From: Camelus dromedarius | Lineage: Eukaryota | NCBI RefSeq assembly: GCF_036321535.1 | Contig: NC_087437.1 | Span: forward strand, 62,002,001 to 62,066,000 | Reading direction: 5' to 3' | Length of the DNA: 64,000 nt | Shown: positions 12,758-24,779 of the stretch, one piece after another | Layout of the letters: every line of letters starts with the position of its first letter | Numbering within the stretch: position 1 is the first letter of the stretch | Made by a program: the position numbers and the translations under genes | The notes under the pieces: model-generated | Databases searched by the model: none | Told to the model about the DNA's origin: nothing | Seen by the model: the letters and a program-made list of their open reading frames with translations, nothing else

Positions 12758-13494
12758 TTATATATCTTCTTTATTCCCCAAGATTCATTCTCTAAGATAT
12801 TTTTCCACTTAAGCTAGTTTTTGTACTGGAATAGTTTCTATCTTTTCCCTTGCTACAACTCACTTGCAGGAACTGACTTTTTGCCCCTGATGAATTTTGT
12901 TTTTAGGAAATTTGGTTCAGCACCATCTTTAAATCCTTTTTAATAGAAAGAATAACAACAAGAACAATAATATCTACAACACATAGAACATTTGTGCCAG
13001 ATATTATTCCAAATACTTTATATGTATTAACATTTAATATTCTTAACAATTCTAAGAGGAAGTTACTATTATTAGCCTCATTTTCGAGACGGGGTACTTA
13101 ACAACATAGAGAAGTTAAGTAACTAAGTATGCCTGCTTCACTTATTCATGTTACCTGCTTGGCTTGTTGGGCATTTAAATTTGCCACCTGTGGACTGCAT
13201 CCTGAGCGCCTTATGTATATCACTTCCCAAAATAAATTTCTATACCTGCTTAACAGATGTTTTCTGGAGCCATCTGTCAAAAAACAAAAAAGATATAAGC
13301 TACATATACTTATTATCTTGAGAAACTTTATAACTTACCCATGAGATGTGTGTTTCTCTCCTGTGATATGAAATCCTTCAACAAAGAGGGGTATGTGAAC
13401 TTGTTTAAAAGGAAATTAGGAGTTGGAGAGATAGCATGCATGCTGTTCGGGAGCCAGTCTTGGGGAGAGACAGCCCCTTTTTAAAAGAGAAAGA

Positions 13495-14167
13495 ACCAAA
13501 ATGAGATATCATACATACCTATTAAAACAGCTAAAATTTAAAAAGTGGTAATACTAAGTGCTGGTGAGGATTAGGAGAAACTGGATCTCTCTTACATTGT
13601 TGGTGGGCATGTAAAATGATACAGCCACTCTGGGAAATAGTTTGATGTTTTCTTAAAAAAATTAAACATGTACTTACCATATGACCCATCAATCATAATC
13701 TTAGGCATTTACCCCAGAGAAATGAAAACTTAAGTTCACACAAAAACCTGTACACAAATACAGTTTTATTTGTAATAGCAAAAAGACTGGAAACAACCCA
13801 AATGTACTTTACCTGGGGAATGGATGAACAAACCCTAGTACATCCACAGAATGGAATACTAAGAAATAAAAAGAATGATAACTGTCACAACATGGACAGG
13901 ACTCACAGGCATTATGTTTAGGTAAAAACATCAAAAGTTTACATCTTTATGATTCCATTTATATAACACTCTTGAACTGACAAAACTATAGAGATAGAAA
14001 ACAAATTAGTGGTTACAGGGGACAGGGATAGAGTTGGGGGGTGAGATGGGGAGGTAGATTTGTGAAAACAAAAAGGTAGCATGAGATGGTTTTTGTGTGT
14101 GTGTGTGGTGATAGAACAGTTTTAAATCCTGGTTGTAGTGGTGACACAGATTAATCCATGGAATGAA

Positions 14168-14209
<42 letters not shown>

Positions 14210-14405
14210 TGTTTTTTAAAAACTTGTAAAAGTAAGTTCTATAGTTTGGTTAATGATAATGTATCATTGTTAATTTCCTGGTTTTGATATGTTACTAAAA
14301 CTTTTTAAGATGTTGCCATTGGGGGAAGCTGGGTGAAGGGTAAATTGGACTCTGTACTATTTTTGCAATTTCTTGTGAGTCCATAATTATTTCAAAATAA
14401 AAAAC
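13495..14405 (+). mobile_element. Old LINE-1 3' region (L1MC-like) containing (CA)n at 14172-14207
   Basis: atgagatatcatacatacctattaaaacagctaaaatt...ttaccatatgaccca...catttaccccagagaaatgaaaact...ttgcaatttcttgtgagtccataattatttcaaaataaaa. Confidence 0.8.
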
Positions 14406-15599
14406 AAAAAAGGAAAGTAGGCTGAATGCCTAGGGCTGGTGTCTGGGGAGGTGAGCAAGAGGAGCATGAAGAGGCAAACTGGGGCTGAGAAATATTTCCA
14501 GAGGTTTAACCTACCAAAGGCTTGAACTTGCTCCCCATCATCACTACTGCTGTCACTACCTCTATTGTGCTCTTTATTCTGCCCATGTTAGACAGCTGTT
14601 TCTCTATTATTTCTTAGTTCTGGTGCTGAGCAGAGAACTAGATCTATTCCTGATAGTATTACTAATCTTCAGGCCTTCAATCCTTTTCAGTTATTAGTTT
14701 TCCTATTACCTAATATTCAGAGTCTGCTTCTTTGCTGCCAGAGGTATTTTTTTAACATCTGAATTCGATGCCATTGCAGATGCTAGAAGTTGCCAGAAGG
14801 CTGTCTTCCAGATAACTGTCTCTTGCTCTAGCTTATATCAATGGTTTGTTGCAATTAGCATTCGGAATATGCCCTGCCATCTTATTAAAATTTTTATTTT
14901 TTAATGGAGAAAGCACATGTAGAGTTGACTGTGAAACTGTGGTTTATCCTTGCTCTTATTAGTTACCTGTGTTTAAATTAAGCCGAACCTCTGGGCCTCT
15001 GCTATTTCTAAACAGGCATCACGATTTACTAAGGTTAATGCCTGGGGGAACATTAACCTTGCAGACACTAATCTAATTCAGTGCCATCACAAGTGCATAA
15101 TGCAGATTGGAGTTTTGCCAAAAAACACTATTCAAATGAAGATTCAGTTGGCAAGGGGTGGTTAGGTGGGTGTGGACAAGGGAAGGAGAACTTCAGAAAT
15201 GGTTATATAGGTATTTTAATGCTTTTCCTTTCCCTCTCCCCTCAGAGGTTATGTTTAAGTATCGCAGAGAGACGCTTAATAAATCTTCAGACTATTTTGA
15301 AGAAATCATAATGAAGGTGTTTCATCCCATGGTATTTCTGATGTTCACGATCACTCAACATTCACTAAGCATCTTTCATGTTACGTGGCTGACCTTGTGC
15401 TAGGGTGCAGACACAAAGATGAGTAATTGTAAACCATCACAGTACGCACCAGCACCTCAGGGCACTCAGTGATGTTAGTTGAATGAAGGCACCACTAAGG
15501 AGGTCACAATTTGGCAAAGGTCACCGAAAGGGCCTCCAAGGGTTGAGACATCAACTGTGCAATTCTAGCTCCACATAGACCAAGTCTTTGACACACAGA

Positions 15600-16750
15600 C
15601 GGAGGTTTGGGCTCCAGGTGAAGTGAGCGGGAAATACCACCGAAAGACCTTGCGCAATAGGGTCCAGGGCCGGATCTCCTGATCTTCAATGCTCACACTC
15701 TGCAGGCGTTTGCAGACACTAACGGGGCTTGCTAGTTTCAAGGGCGCAGGGGTGTCGCTTCCGGTAAAAGGTGGCATTTAGGGTGACAGAGGTCCACGAC
15801 TGGAGGTCGCAGGGGAGAGGGTTAGGTAAGAGAGGAGAAACGAAAAAGTCAAAAAATTTCGGCAGATAACCTTTCACTTAGGTCCCTGCCCCTTCCTTTT
15901 CCCCGGGCCTGAAATGCACACGACCCCCCAGTTCTCCGCTTCTCTGGGCGATAGGTACTAGTTAAGGCTGAAGACGGACCCCCATCTCGAAAACATTTCT
16001 TTAGTTCTAATATTTTTCAGACTGCTTTCTTCTCAGGCTCAGCCTAGGGTACCCGTGGTTCAGAGCCAGCTTCCCCGGCCACGGTCGGCTGGTGACACGC
16101 AGGCGCCGGAATAGAAGCCACGCTGGGTCGTCCCAGCCAGGTCCCCGGCCCAGGGAGGGCGGGTGCCGCGGAGCGCTTCCCGTGTGCGGGGCTTCCCACA
16201 ATGCACCGCGCCGGCAGTGGCGGCGACCGCGGCGACGCTCTAGCCGCGGCATGTCTGCGTCTCTACTGCTCTGGGAGGAGGAAGAGAAGGAGGAAGAGGA
16301 GGAGGAGGGGGAGGAAGAGGAGAAAGGCGCAGGGGTGGGAGCTGTTGCCGAAGCTGCCACAGCAAAAGTTCTCCCCCCTCCCCCCTTCCCCTCCTCTGAA
16401 GGCCCCTAGAAAGGTTGAAGCTGCCGCCGCCTGCAGTCGGTGACCGCGCGACTCGGCGCCCGCCCGCGGTAAAGTGCTCGGCCTGGCAGGCCCGGGCCCG
16501 GGGGAGGGCGGGGGAGGGGGGCGGCGCGCGGGGGGAGCGCGCGGCGGTAACGGCCTGACCTCGGGGGGAGCGAGCCGTGGCGAGGCTGGGGGTGGCCAGG
16601 GAACCGGCCGAGGCCGAGGGAAACGCAGGAGCTCGCTGGGGGACAGGAGGAAACAGGGCGCGGATGGTGGGTTGGGGGGTGAGAAAGGATAATGACGGGG
16701 ATGGCTGAAGCGAGAAGGCGGCCTCCGAGGCCTGAGGGGGGTGTCAGAGG
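15600..16750 (+). promoter_or_regulatory. ZNF148: CpG-island promoter of ZNF148
   Basis: Abrupt rise in GC and CpG. ETS site ACCGGAAGCG (15756-15765, -), GC box gggagggcggg (16153-16163), ZNF143/Staf site ttcccacaatgcaccgcg (16193-16210). No obvious TATA box. Confidence 0.9.
16220..16468 (+). other. ZNF148: ZNF148 non-coding exon 1 (start approximate)
   Basis: GA-rich leader ending ...GACTCGGCGCCCGCCCGCG|gtaaag (GT at 16469). The junction to exon 2 (GATAGAGG) agrees with the recalled human ZNF148 mRNA leader. Confidence 0.75.
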
Positions 16751-19700
16751 TAGGGAAGAAGGTGGGATGATTGCACGGGGTGGCCGGAGGGTGCTGGGTG
16801 TGGGTGTGAAAAGCCTAGGGAGACACCGGGTCTCTGTCTGCCGTGCCTGGTGCAGTGCTTTATGCACCGCAGGCCTCAGGCACTGTTGCTGCCTGAATGT
16901 GTTCTTTGGGAGAAGGGAAGGGCAAGGGTTGGAGAAAAGGGAATCCTTGCAGGAAACGTAGTGGGAGCGTGCACTGGAAGAGAGGCCGGAGGGAAAGATG
17001 CTGGGTAGGTGGAGGAATGCAGGGGGTGGCTGTGGAGGAGTCTTGAGGATTCCGGGAGCGGGGGGTGGTGTTCATTGTGCAGATACATTAGGTATTTCGT
17101 TATGGAAAGAACTGAAGCGTTTCTAAGGGAAGGAAAGAAAGGATGTAAGGAGTTTCCTTGAATAGAAAGGATACGTTTAAAGCAAGAGGGATTGCTAAAT
17201 ACTAGAGAATATGAAGAGAATGCGTGATAGCATAGACAGATGTAGCAGAATTAATAAGTGTTGGCCCAAGGACTAAAGAGTTATTCCAGATGGGCCAGGA
17301 TGGCCTAGTTCCGAACCTGTTTGGGCTCTTCTGTAGATGACATCTGGTAAGTGTGGGTACCAGCAGCGGTTGGGGTCACTGAGAATTAGATCTTGGTCTG
17401 TAGTTTGGTCTGAGACATTTTAGACCTGCACCGGTGAATATGAGAATCTCTGAGCCAGACCTTAAGAAAACGCCTGGCCTACAGGGATTCTCTAGGCCAT
17501 GGAGTTTAGGTTTTAGCAAATTTGAAATATCACTTACACAGAGGCTGGGTGAACACTATACTGGCAGATGCTGGAATGGAAATTACTTGACTTGGCGGTT
17601 TTCTTCACTGCCCAGTTTATCTGGTCCAAGAGGACTGTTGCCATATTATTCAGCTTGGGTTGCAGTACACAGGGTTATAATTAATGGTGGGGAGAGTCCA
17701 TGCATGGTGGCCCTTCTTTGGAGGCTCCATTTGTAGTTCAGATTAGTCTAGTTGACTGAATTGGTTCCATAACTCTGCAGCTGGGGGAGGTCTTTTGCCA
17801 TTCACAGTTCCTGAATGTATACCCTCATTGAGGCTTGGTGGTGTTGAAGAAAATGTATTAGCCTACAAAGTGTGGGCCTGCAGAGTGGAGGATTAGAATG
17901 TCTGTTTTGGTCTTAAGTTGCAGGGAGGTCAGGACTGGTCGTCTTGAGGTCTAGGGGAACCTGAAGAGACTGGATGATTCTAGAGTCAGGCTGGAGGGAA
18001 TATTAGCATTTCCATATCAGGAAATGTACCCAGGCTATTGGATTTGCTGAGCTCTCACCAGACCAGATTTCCAAGAGAGAATTCTGGTCTAGAACCATAC
18101 CTTTAAGATTTACCTGAAGATTATTCACCTTTTGTTATTAAGAAAGATTGTATACACATTACATTGTAATGTTGATTCAGCTGAGGAGAGGGAAGTGTGA
18201 AAGGTCTTTTTATGGAACTAGAAGATGGAAGGATTAATGGAGAAGAGGGAAAGAAATTTGGGAGAGGGATGGGAAAATTTATTTACTTATTTAGCAAATA
18301 GCTCTAAAGGAAGGTAATTAGCATTTGAGTGGAAAGGGGCTTTTATTAAAATTTTTATTCTGGAAATAATTCAGGATTATTTTTTTAAAAATTGGAAAAC
18401 TTTATGTCAGTACATTTAGAGTTAACTCGCTCCTTTTAAGGGCTTCAATATATTACATAGTTGGATGTACCCATTTCTATTGCCATCATAGTATGAGAAG
18501 GTCTGTTTTCCTTCCCCTCACCAGCACTGTATATTGTCAGCTCTTTTAATTTTTGTAAGTTGAATGGGTTTAAATAGAGTATTTTATTATTGTTTGTCTC
18601 TCCTTTAAATTACATGAAATAATACATGAAAATAATTTTAAAAAATTGTCCTGAGGGAGCTTATAATGAAAAGCAGTAACCCCTGTCTCACCTGCCCATT
18701 GCACTGAAAAGTCCCACTTTTCAGAGACTACTTCTAAGTGTTAATTTTTGTAGTTCTTATCACGCTTTTCCCTAGATCTCCAAGTAATATGCATGTACTG
18801 TTACTTCTTGATTGATCAAAATGACATTATAAAGGAGTCAAAATTTTGACTTCTTACTGTGAGTGGAAAGGATTTGTGTTACTGTCATTATTTCCTTTTC
18901 CTTCTTTCCAAACTTTGATAGTTATTATTTTAGCTTTTTTATTTGATGTCTTTATATCTTTAATATTCTTTAAGAAAAAACATTTAAAATTTAGACTGGA
19001 AAAACTGGGTGAGATGATTAAAGAAAGTTTGATGATGGACCTATAGCAAAGACTAGGCTGTAGAAAACAGCAACTTTGCAGCATTAGGGTTGCTGGTTAG
19101 AGATGAAGAGTGGTGGTTTGGCAGTGATAGTTGTTCATCTTGGAATTAGTTACCAGGTCTACTGTGCAGAATTCTTTGACAGTCTTGTAGAGAGTTTCAG
19201 TGTGGGTAGTCTGGGAATAGATTAAAATGATCCTTGATTGTTCTTTCCAGGCTTCTTTGGCAATTCTTATGTTTCTTAGGAAGGAATGAATTGGTGTGGA
19301 GATGTGTTTCTGCTTTGTGGAGGAGGGAGGGAGGGATGGGGAAATGTGATAAGAGGGAGAAGAAGAGGGCCAGGATATGATGGAGATGGTGATAATTTTG
19401 TTGGAGGCTGGAAGAAAAGTAAAGAATTCTGAGGACATTTGGATATAGTTAATTGTGAAGGGGATTTAAATTACAATGGTGAGACAGATTTGTGGCAGTT
19501 TTAAGGAAATTGTCATATTTAAGTCATTAATATGTGGGGAATATGGTGGAAAAAGAATACTGCTCATGTATTACGATAGATTCATAAAATATTGGTTTTG
19601 AAATTTTTGTATGAGGTACAACATCACTGAGTCAGGGTGTTGGATATTGGGAGTGTAGAAAGATCTTGCTCCCCTTTTCAAAAGTATTGTTTTAGGTAAC

Positions 19701-19997
19701 TCCACCTCTTGAGAATCTTCCTTACTTTGAATTAGAACAACATTCACATGTAGATTCTATACTGCTGAATATTGCTTTTGTTTTGGGGAATTATTTTCTC
19801 TTTGTTTTGCAAATGGTAGCTAGATTGTAACCTGCTCTAGAGCTAAGACTTTCTTTAATCTTGGGGGAAACTCACAACAGCTTGATCCTTAGTGCTTAAT
19901 AAATACCTGTTGAATGATAGAAAGTAGTGTCCACCATTACTGGTAATAATGGGACTGTGTGAAATTGCTGAACACTGTGAGGTATTATAGACAAAAT

Positions 19998-20004
19998 TGT
20001 GTGT

Positions 20005-20036
<32 letters not shown>

Positions 20037-20043
20037 CAGAGAG
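19998..20043. repeat. Compound (TG)n(AG)n microsatellite
   Basis: Directly visible. Confidence 0.9.
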
Positions 20044-23000
20044 ATAAGTACAAAAGGAATATCTGACTTTTGTATTTTAGGACGAAGGTCTTTAGATTTA
20101 AGGGAAGACAACAGAATGGATTAGAATGGAACTGAAACAATCCTGCAAAAACATCTAATGGGCGGCACCAAAGGTTCTCTTCTAATGTGAGGCTAGTTTA
20201 ATCTGAATGAATCTGGTCTGGACCTGGGAGCTGGTTAATTTGGATTTTCTTACCTCAGGCCTAAGTGAGTGCTTAGAGATTGTATCTGTTTTAAGAATCT
20301 GCTTGATTTAATTCACTTTTAGGATAATAAGTGTTAGATGAAGTTTCTATCCTCAAGGAATTTATGGTATTTATATTCTTTTAAGGGGAGAAAGACAGTT
20401 GTGAAGTAATTCCGTAACAGTGTAAGATTTCAGAAAATTGATATTTTTCTCTTTTTCCCCCCACACTTCCCTGGGTCTCCCACAATCTGCATTTTCCTCA
20501 TCATTCTCCATTATTTCCTAAAAATTCCCTGTCCCTTCCACTATTCTTTTCCTTCCCCAGAATCCCCATCTTTCCCATAATTCCACATGTATCCCCAAAT
20601 TCCCCATCTTTCCTACCACTCTCTCAATTACCCTTTCTTTCACAAAATTACCCAATCTTTCTCCAAATGTCCTGTTATATCCCACAGTTCTCACCCTCTG
20701 ACAGTTGTTTCTGTCCCACCTTCAGTCGTTTCATTGCTCCAGCAATCTTCCATTCTCTCCCACAATCCTCAGTTCTTTCAGAAAATTGACTTTTTAATAC
20801 AAGTATCAAAAGTATACCTCCAAATGAGAATTTTTGTAATTTGTTAATCAACTTTCAGAAGTAGTGTTGAGAACTGTTTTGGAACACCTTTCCTGATTTA
20901 TTGTCTGAGCCTCCTGCACATTCTATACAATACTTATTTATTGAGTACCTATTGTGAGCTGTTGGGGGTAGAAGTCTACAAAGATGAGTAAAACACTGTC
21001 CCTACCTTTTAGGAGTTCATAATCCCTCCAGGATGGTACAGTTAAAATTATACAAGGCATAATGTTATTCTGACTGGTCTCATTGGTGACAAATCTTTTT
21101 AGTTTGAAATACTTGATTTTTAGAAGTGTTGAAGTTCTGTTATTATCAAGTAGAATAAAGAATAGTTTTGGTTCAAATTCAGTTAGACACAGAAATGAGG
21201 ATGATTTTCTTAGTTAACTTATTAAGTAACTTTGGAAAACATTCCCAAAGAGGAATTTGGAAAATTTTTGAACAGTGGTGATTTTTCACATGGAGTTGGT
21301 TAGGTACTAGATGAATGTTGGTTAAGTGCATCAGGTGGTGGATGGATGGAGTGCATAAATGAGTCAGTGGTAGCCTCTCAAAGTAACTATTTTAGAGAGG
21401 ACCACACTGATTTTAATATGTAAATAAATTCTGGCTATGTTTGTTAACAGTTCATTACCATGAACAAGATAGTTATGATTAAGTTCCCAAATGAGTTTTA
21501 CAGGCAGTGAGTGCTGAAGGAGTTCAGAGAATGGAGAAGTGAGTATTGGCTAAGATTTGAGGAAGGGATTTAAGTACCATACTTTAGCTAGATATTTGAA
21601 AGGATTCCTTAGAGATCTCAGGAAAGGAACTAAATTGCTCCAAATTTCTCTTGCAGCCCTAGAATGAACCTGGAGTCTGGATCTATTTTTGTCTGAATGC
21701 TTTCTGCCTATTTCATTTTAGCTACTCCTACTGATTTGTTCCTTTTCAAATTCACCTTTGCTGGGTAGATTTTTGAGACCCCTGGAACAACTCGGGAGGG
21801 GGGATATCTATTTCCATCTGTGTCTGGTGTAACTTTTAGTTTTTCCTTTTTTGAGCCTGTACCCCACAAATGACTTGGTCTCTGTGAGTGAAGAGTATGA
21901 GTCAACTTGGCTTGTTATCCTGGCATTTTCCTGCATGGTTTTCTCAAAGCTGCTTTCCAAATTATAGAATAGACAAGAGAATTGAAGGCATATGTCCAGT
22001 AGATACATGCTTGTTGAATAAATGAATGAGTGAGAAAGTATCCAAGGTAACTTACCTAAATTATCTATATGTTTTGTTTGTTTCAATTTATTTATTCATT
22101 ATCTGCCTTTTTCTACAGAGGATTTAATGGGGCTGACAAAAATATGTACACTATAAATGAATTGAAATAATTGAAGTCTGGGTGAAGAGAAGATGAAAGA
22201 AATGTCTGTTTAAAGAATATGAGACCTATCATTATGGATGTTAGAGAGCTAGGAAGAAAGGGGAAGATAGCAGATGGAGAAGGAAAGGTGTTATTTAATA
22301 GAAGGTATGATTCTGAAAGAAGAAAAAGGTTATTGATACATGATAGGTTATGTTTAGAAGAAAGCAAGAGAAGATTGAAGGTAAAGAGGATTATTTGAAA
22401 TGGCTAATTTTGGGAGGAAGATGGTAGGGCTATTTGAAGGATAAGAGTTTCAGAAGTTTGTATGTAGTAGAAATTATGTTACTGATTTATAACTGAGGTT
22501 TCAGAAAATAATGGGATGAATTTTCTTTAGTCAACAGATAATGCACATTTGTTATATGCAAAATGCAATCAGGGATTAATCCTTTGGGGTTTATATTCTA
22601 ATGGGGGAGCTGGGCTTCAGCACAAATAACTACACTGTGATCACAAATGTATATGTAAGAAAAATACTGAACGTTACTGGAGTTAAAAGGTAGGAAACGA
22701 CATTTGACTCGGGGAAAACCCGAGACTGCATTTAGTGGCATGGAAGTGGTATTTTAGTTAGTCTTTGAAGGGATGGATAGCAGAAATTACTAGAAAGAAC
22801 GTTCCAACCTGAGAGATTAGCAAAAGCAAAGGCTTGGAGGTGAGAAACCAAGGAGATGTGGGGAATAATGAGCTGGTTTTTAATTTTTTACTATGATCAC
22901 ATTAAAGAATACATATTACATCTTAACCTAATATATGCGTGTATGAATGTGTGCACATACAAAACAAAGTTTCAGTAACAATAACTGTCCTTACCATGTT

Positions 23001-24329
23001 GGATGCACTTGGATATTTTCTATTATTCTGTTTGGTTAAAAAGTAAAAAAAAGAGATGGCTGTCCCTCATTAAAGTGATTTCATGACAAACTAAATAATT
23101 GATCACAACCTGTAGTTTGGAATACAGAGTTCATGAATAGGGTATAATATGATATAAGGTAGGAAGAGTCATTAGGGGTTGGGTTGAAAATGGATGGCTT
23201 TGAAAGCTAAGCTAAGTAGTTTGTATTTGATATGATACAGTGTTGTGCTTAGTAAGCAAACAGAAGCTGGATTTTAGTCTTGGCCCTTCTGTTTGCCTGC
23301 ACTATGGGTATGGAGAGAATTACTTCCTTTCTGAGACTCAGTTTTCTCATCAGGAAATTGATAATCATTAAACCTCCTGTCAAAGGTTGTGAGGATTTGA
23401 ATATTAAAGTATAGTAACATAGGATTAAAGCATGCTAGCATATATCATTAATGTATAGCTATTGAATTTTTTAAAGTGGAGAATGGAATCAAGGACTGTA
23501 TATTAGATACCTTAGTCTGACAACAGGTACTTTATACAGGATAGATTGGGGGCAGTGTGGTGGTAGAGTAAGATTGGAGGTGAGTAGCCCAGTTAGGAGG
23601 CTACAGGAGAAACTAAGAAGGTTTGAATTAGTTTGATAACAGGAAGATTAGAAATAAGGGGGTAGGATGTGATTGGATGGAGAGAGAAGGAGAAGATGAC
23701 TAGAAAATTAGAATTGAGGGAAAATTCAAGAGGCAGCTGAAATTGGATTACATTTTTGAGTAGTTTGGTGGGGGGACATTAGTGTAGATAGTTTCTTACA
23801 TGTAGTAGGTTCTCTGTTTGTTGAATGATTAAATATGTAAGCTGAGAAACAAATTTGTGAGTGGAGACATTGATAGATGGGTTTGAGAAGGAAGGGTTAG
23901 GTTGGAGGGTGCTTTTGATGGTCTGTCAGCACTTATTCATTCAGGGAATATTTTTGTATGCTTACTGTGTCAAGGTTCTCTGGTAAGCAGTGTGAAGGAT
24001 ACATGTTTATATATGACACAGTTCATATTCTTCAGGAGTTTATCCAGAGACAAAAATATGTACACATTTGTCTGACAGAAGCACGGTGGCGGGTCCAACT
24101 TTGTGCGGGAATTGGTACCTAGCTTAATGCTTTAAGGATAAATAAGATTATAGCAGGCACGATGGTGAGGGTTGGCATTGCAAGAAGAGGGAGTGATATG
24201 AGTGACAGTGAGAAAGATTATGGACGTGTTGAGCTGGAATTTAGAGTTCATGAATGGAGGAGGGAAATAAAGCTGTAAAGTAGATAAAACATCTAAAAAT
24301 CCAGACCAAACTGGTTTTTAAAAATTTGT

Positions 24330-24740
24330 TTATTGAGAGATAACTTACATAAAGTGCTCAAATCTTAAGAGTACAGGTGAATTCTTTTAGGTTTCCATTT
24401 ATGTAACCACCCCCCAGTTCAATATATAGAACATTCCCAGCATCCCACAAGGTTTCCTCATGTGTCACCTCCAGGTTGGTCTCCTCCAACCAAAAGTAAC
24501 TACTATTCTGACCTCTGTCACACAGAGTAGTTTTGTATGTTTTTGTATTTCATACTAGTGAAATCATACTTCTGCATCTGGTTTCCTGTGCTCATCATGT
24601 CTGTGAGGTTCATCCATGATGCATGCAGCAGTAGTTCATTCTTCTTCATTGCTCTCTAGGATTCATTGTATGAATATACCACAGTGTATTTATCCATTCC
24701 ATGATTGTTGGAAAATGAGTAGTTTCTATTTTTTGGAGTC
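24330..24740 (-). mobile_element. Old LINE-1 3' fragment (L1ME-like)
   Basis: ttattgagagataacttacataaagtgctcaaatcttaag...atatagaacattcccagcatcccac...tgtgaggttcatccatg...ttgtatgaatataccacagtgtatttatccattc. Confidence 0.7.
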
Positions 24741-24779
24741 CTAAGGAGTTTTAACTTGACTTAGTATGCAGTGGAGAAC

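Noticed and set aside
16007..17088. Overlapping 70-150 aa ORFs in the main CpG island
   Set aside because: GC-rich sequence lacks stop codons; the products are low-complexity R/G/P strings with no recognisable domain.
17290..17352. Possible cassette exon ending at CTG|GTAAGT (17347)
   Set aside because: Good donor but weak acceptors; isolated U1-type sites are common downstream of promoters and no support is visible.
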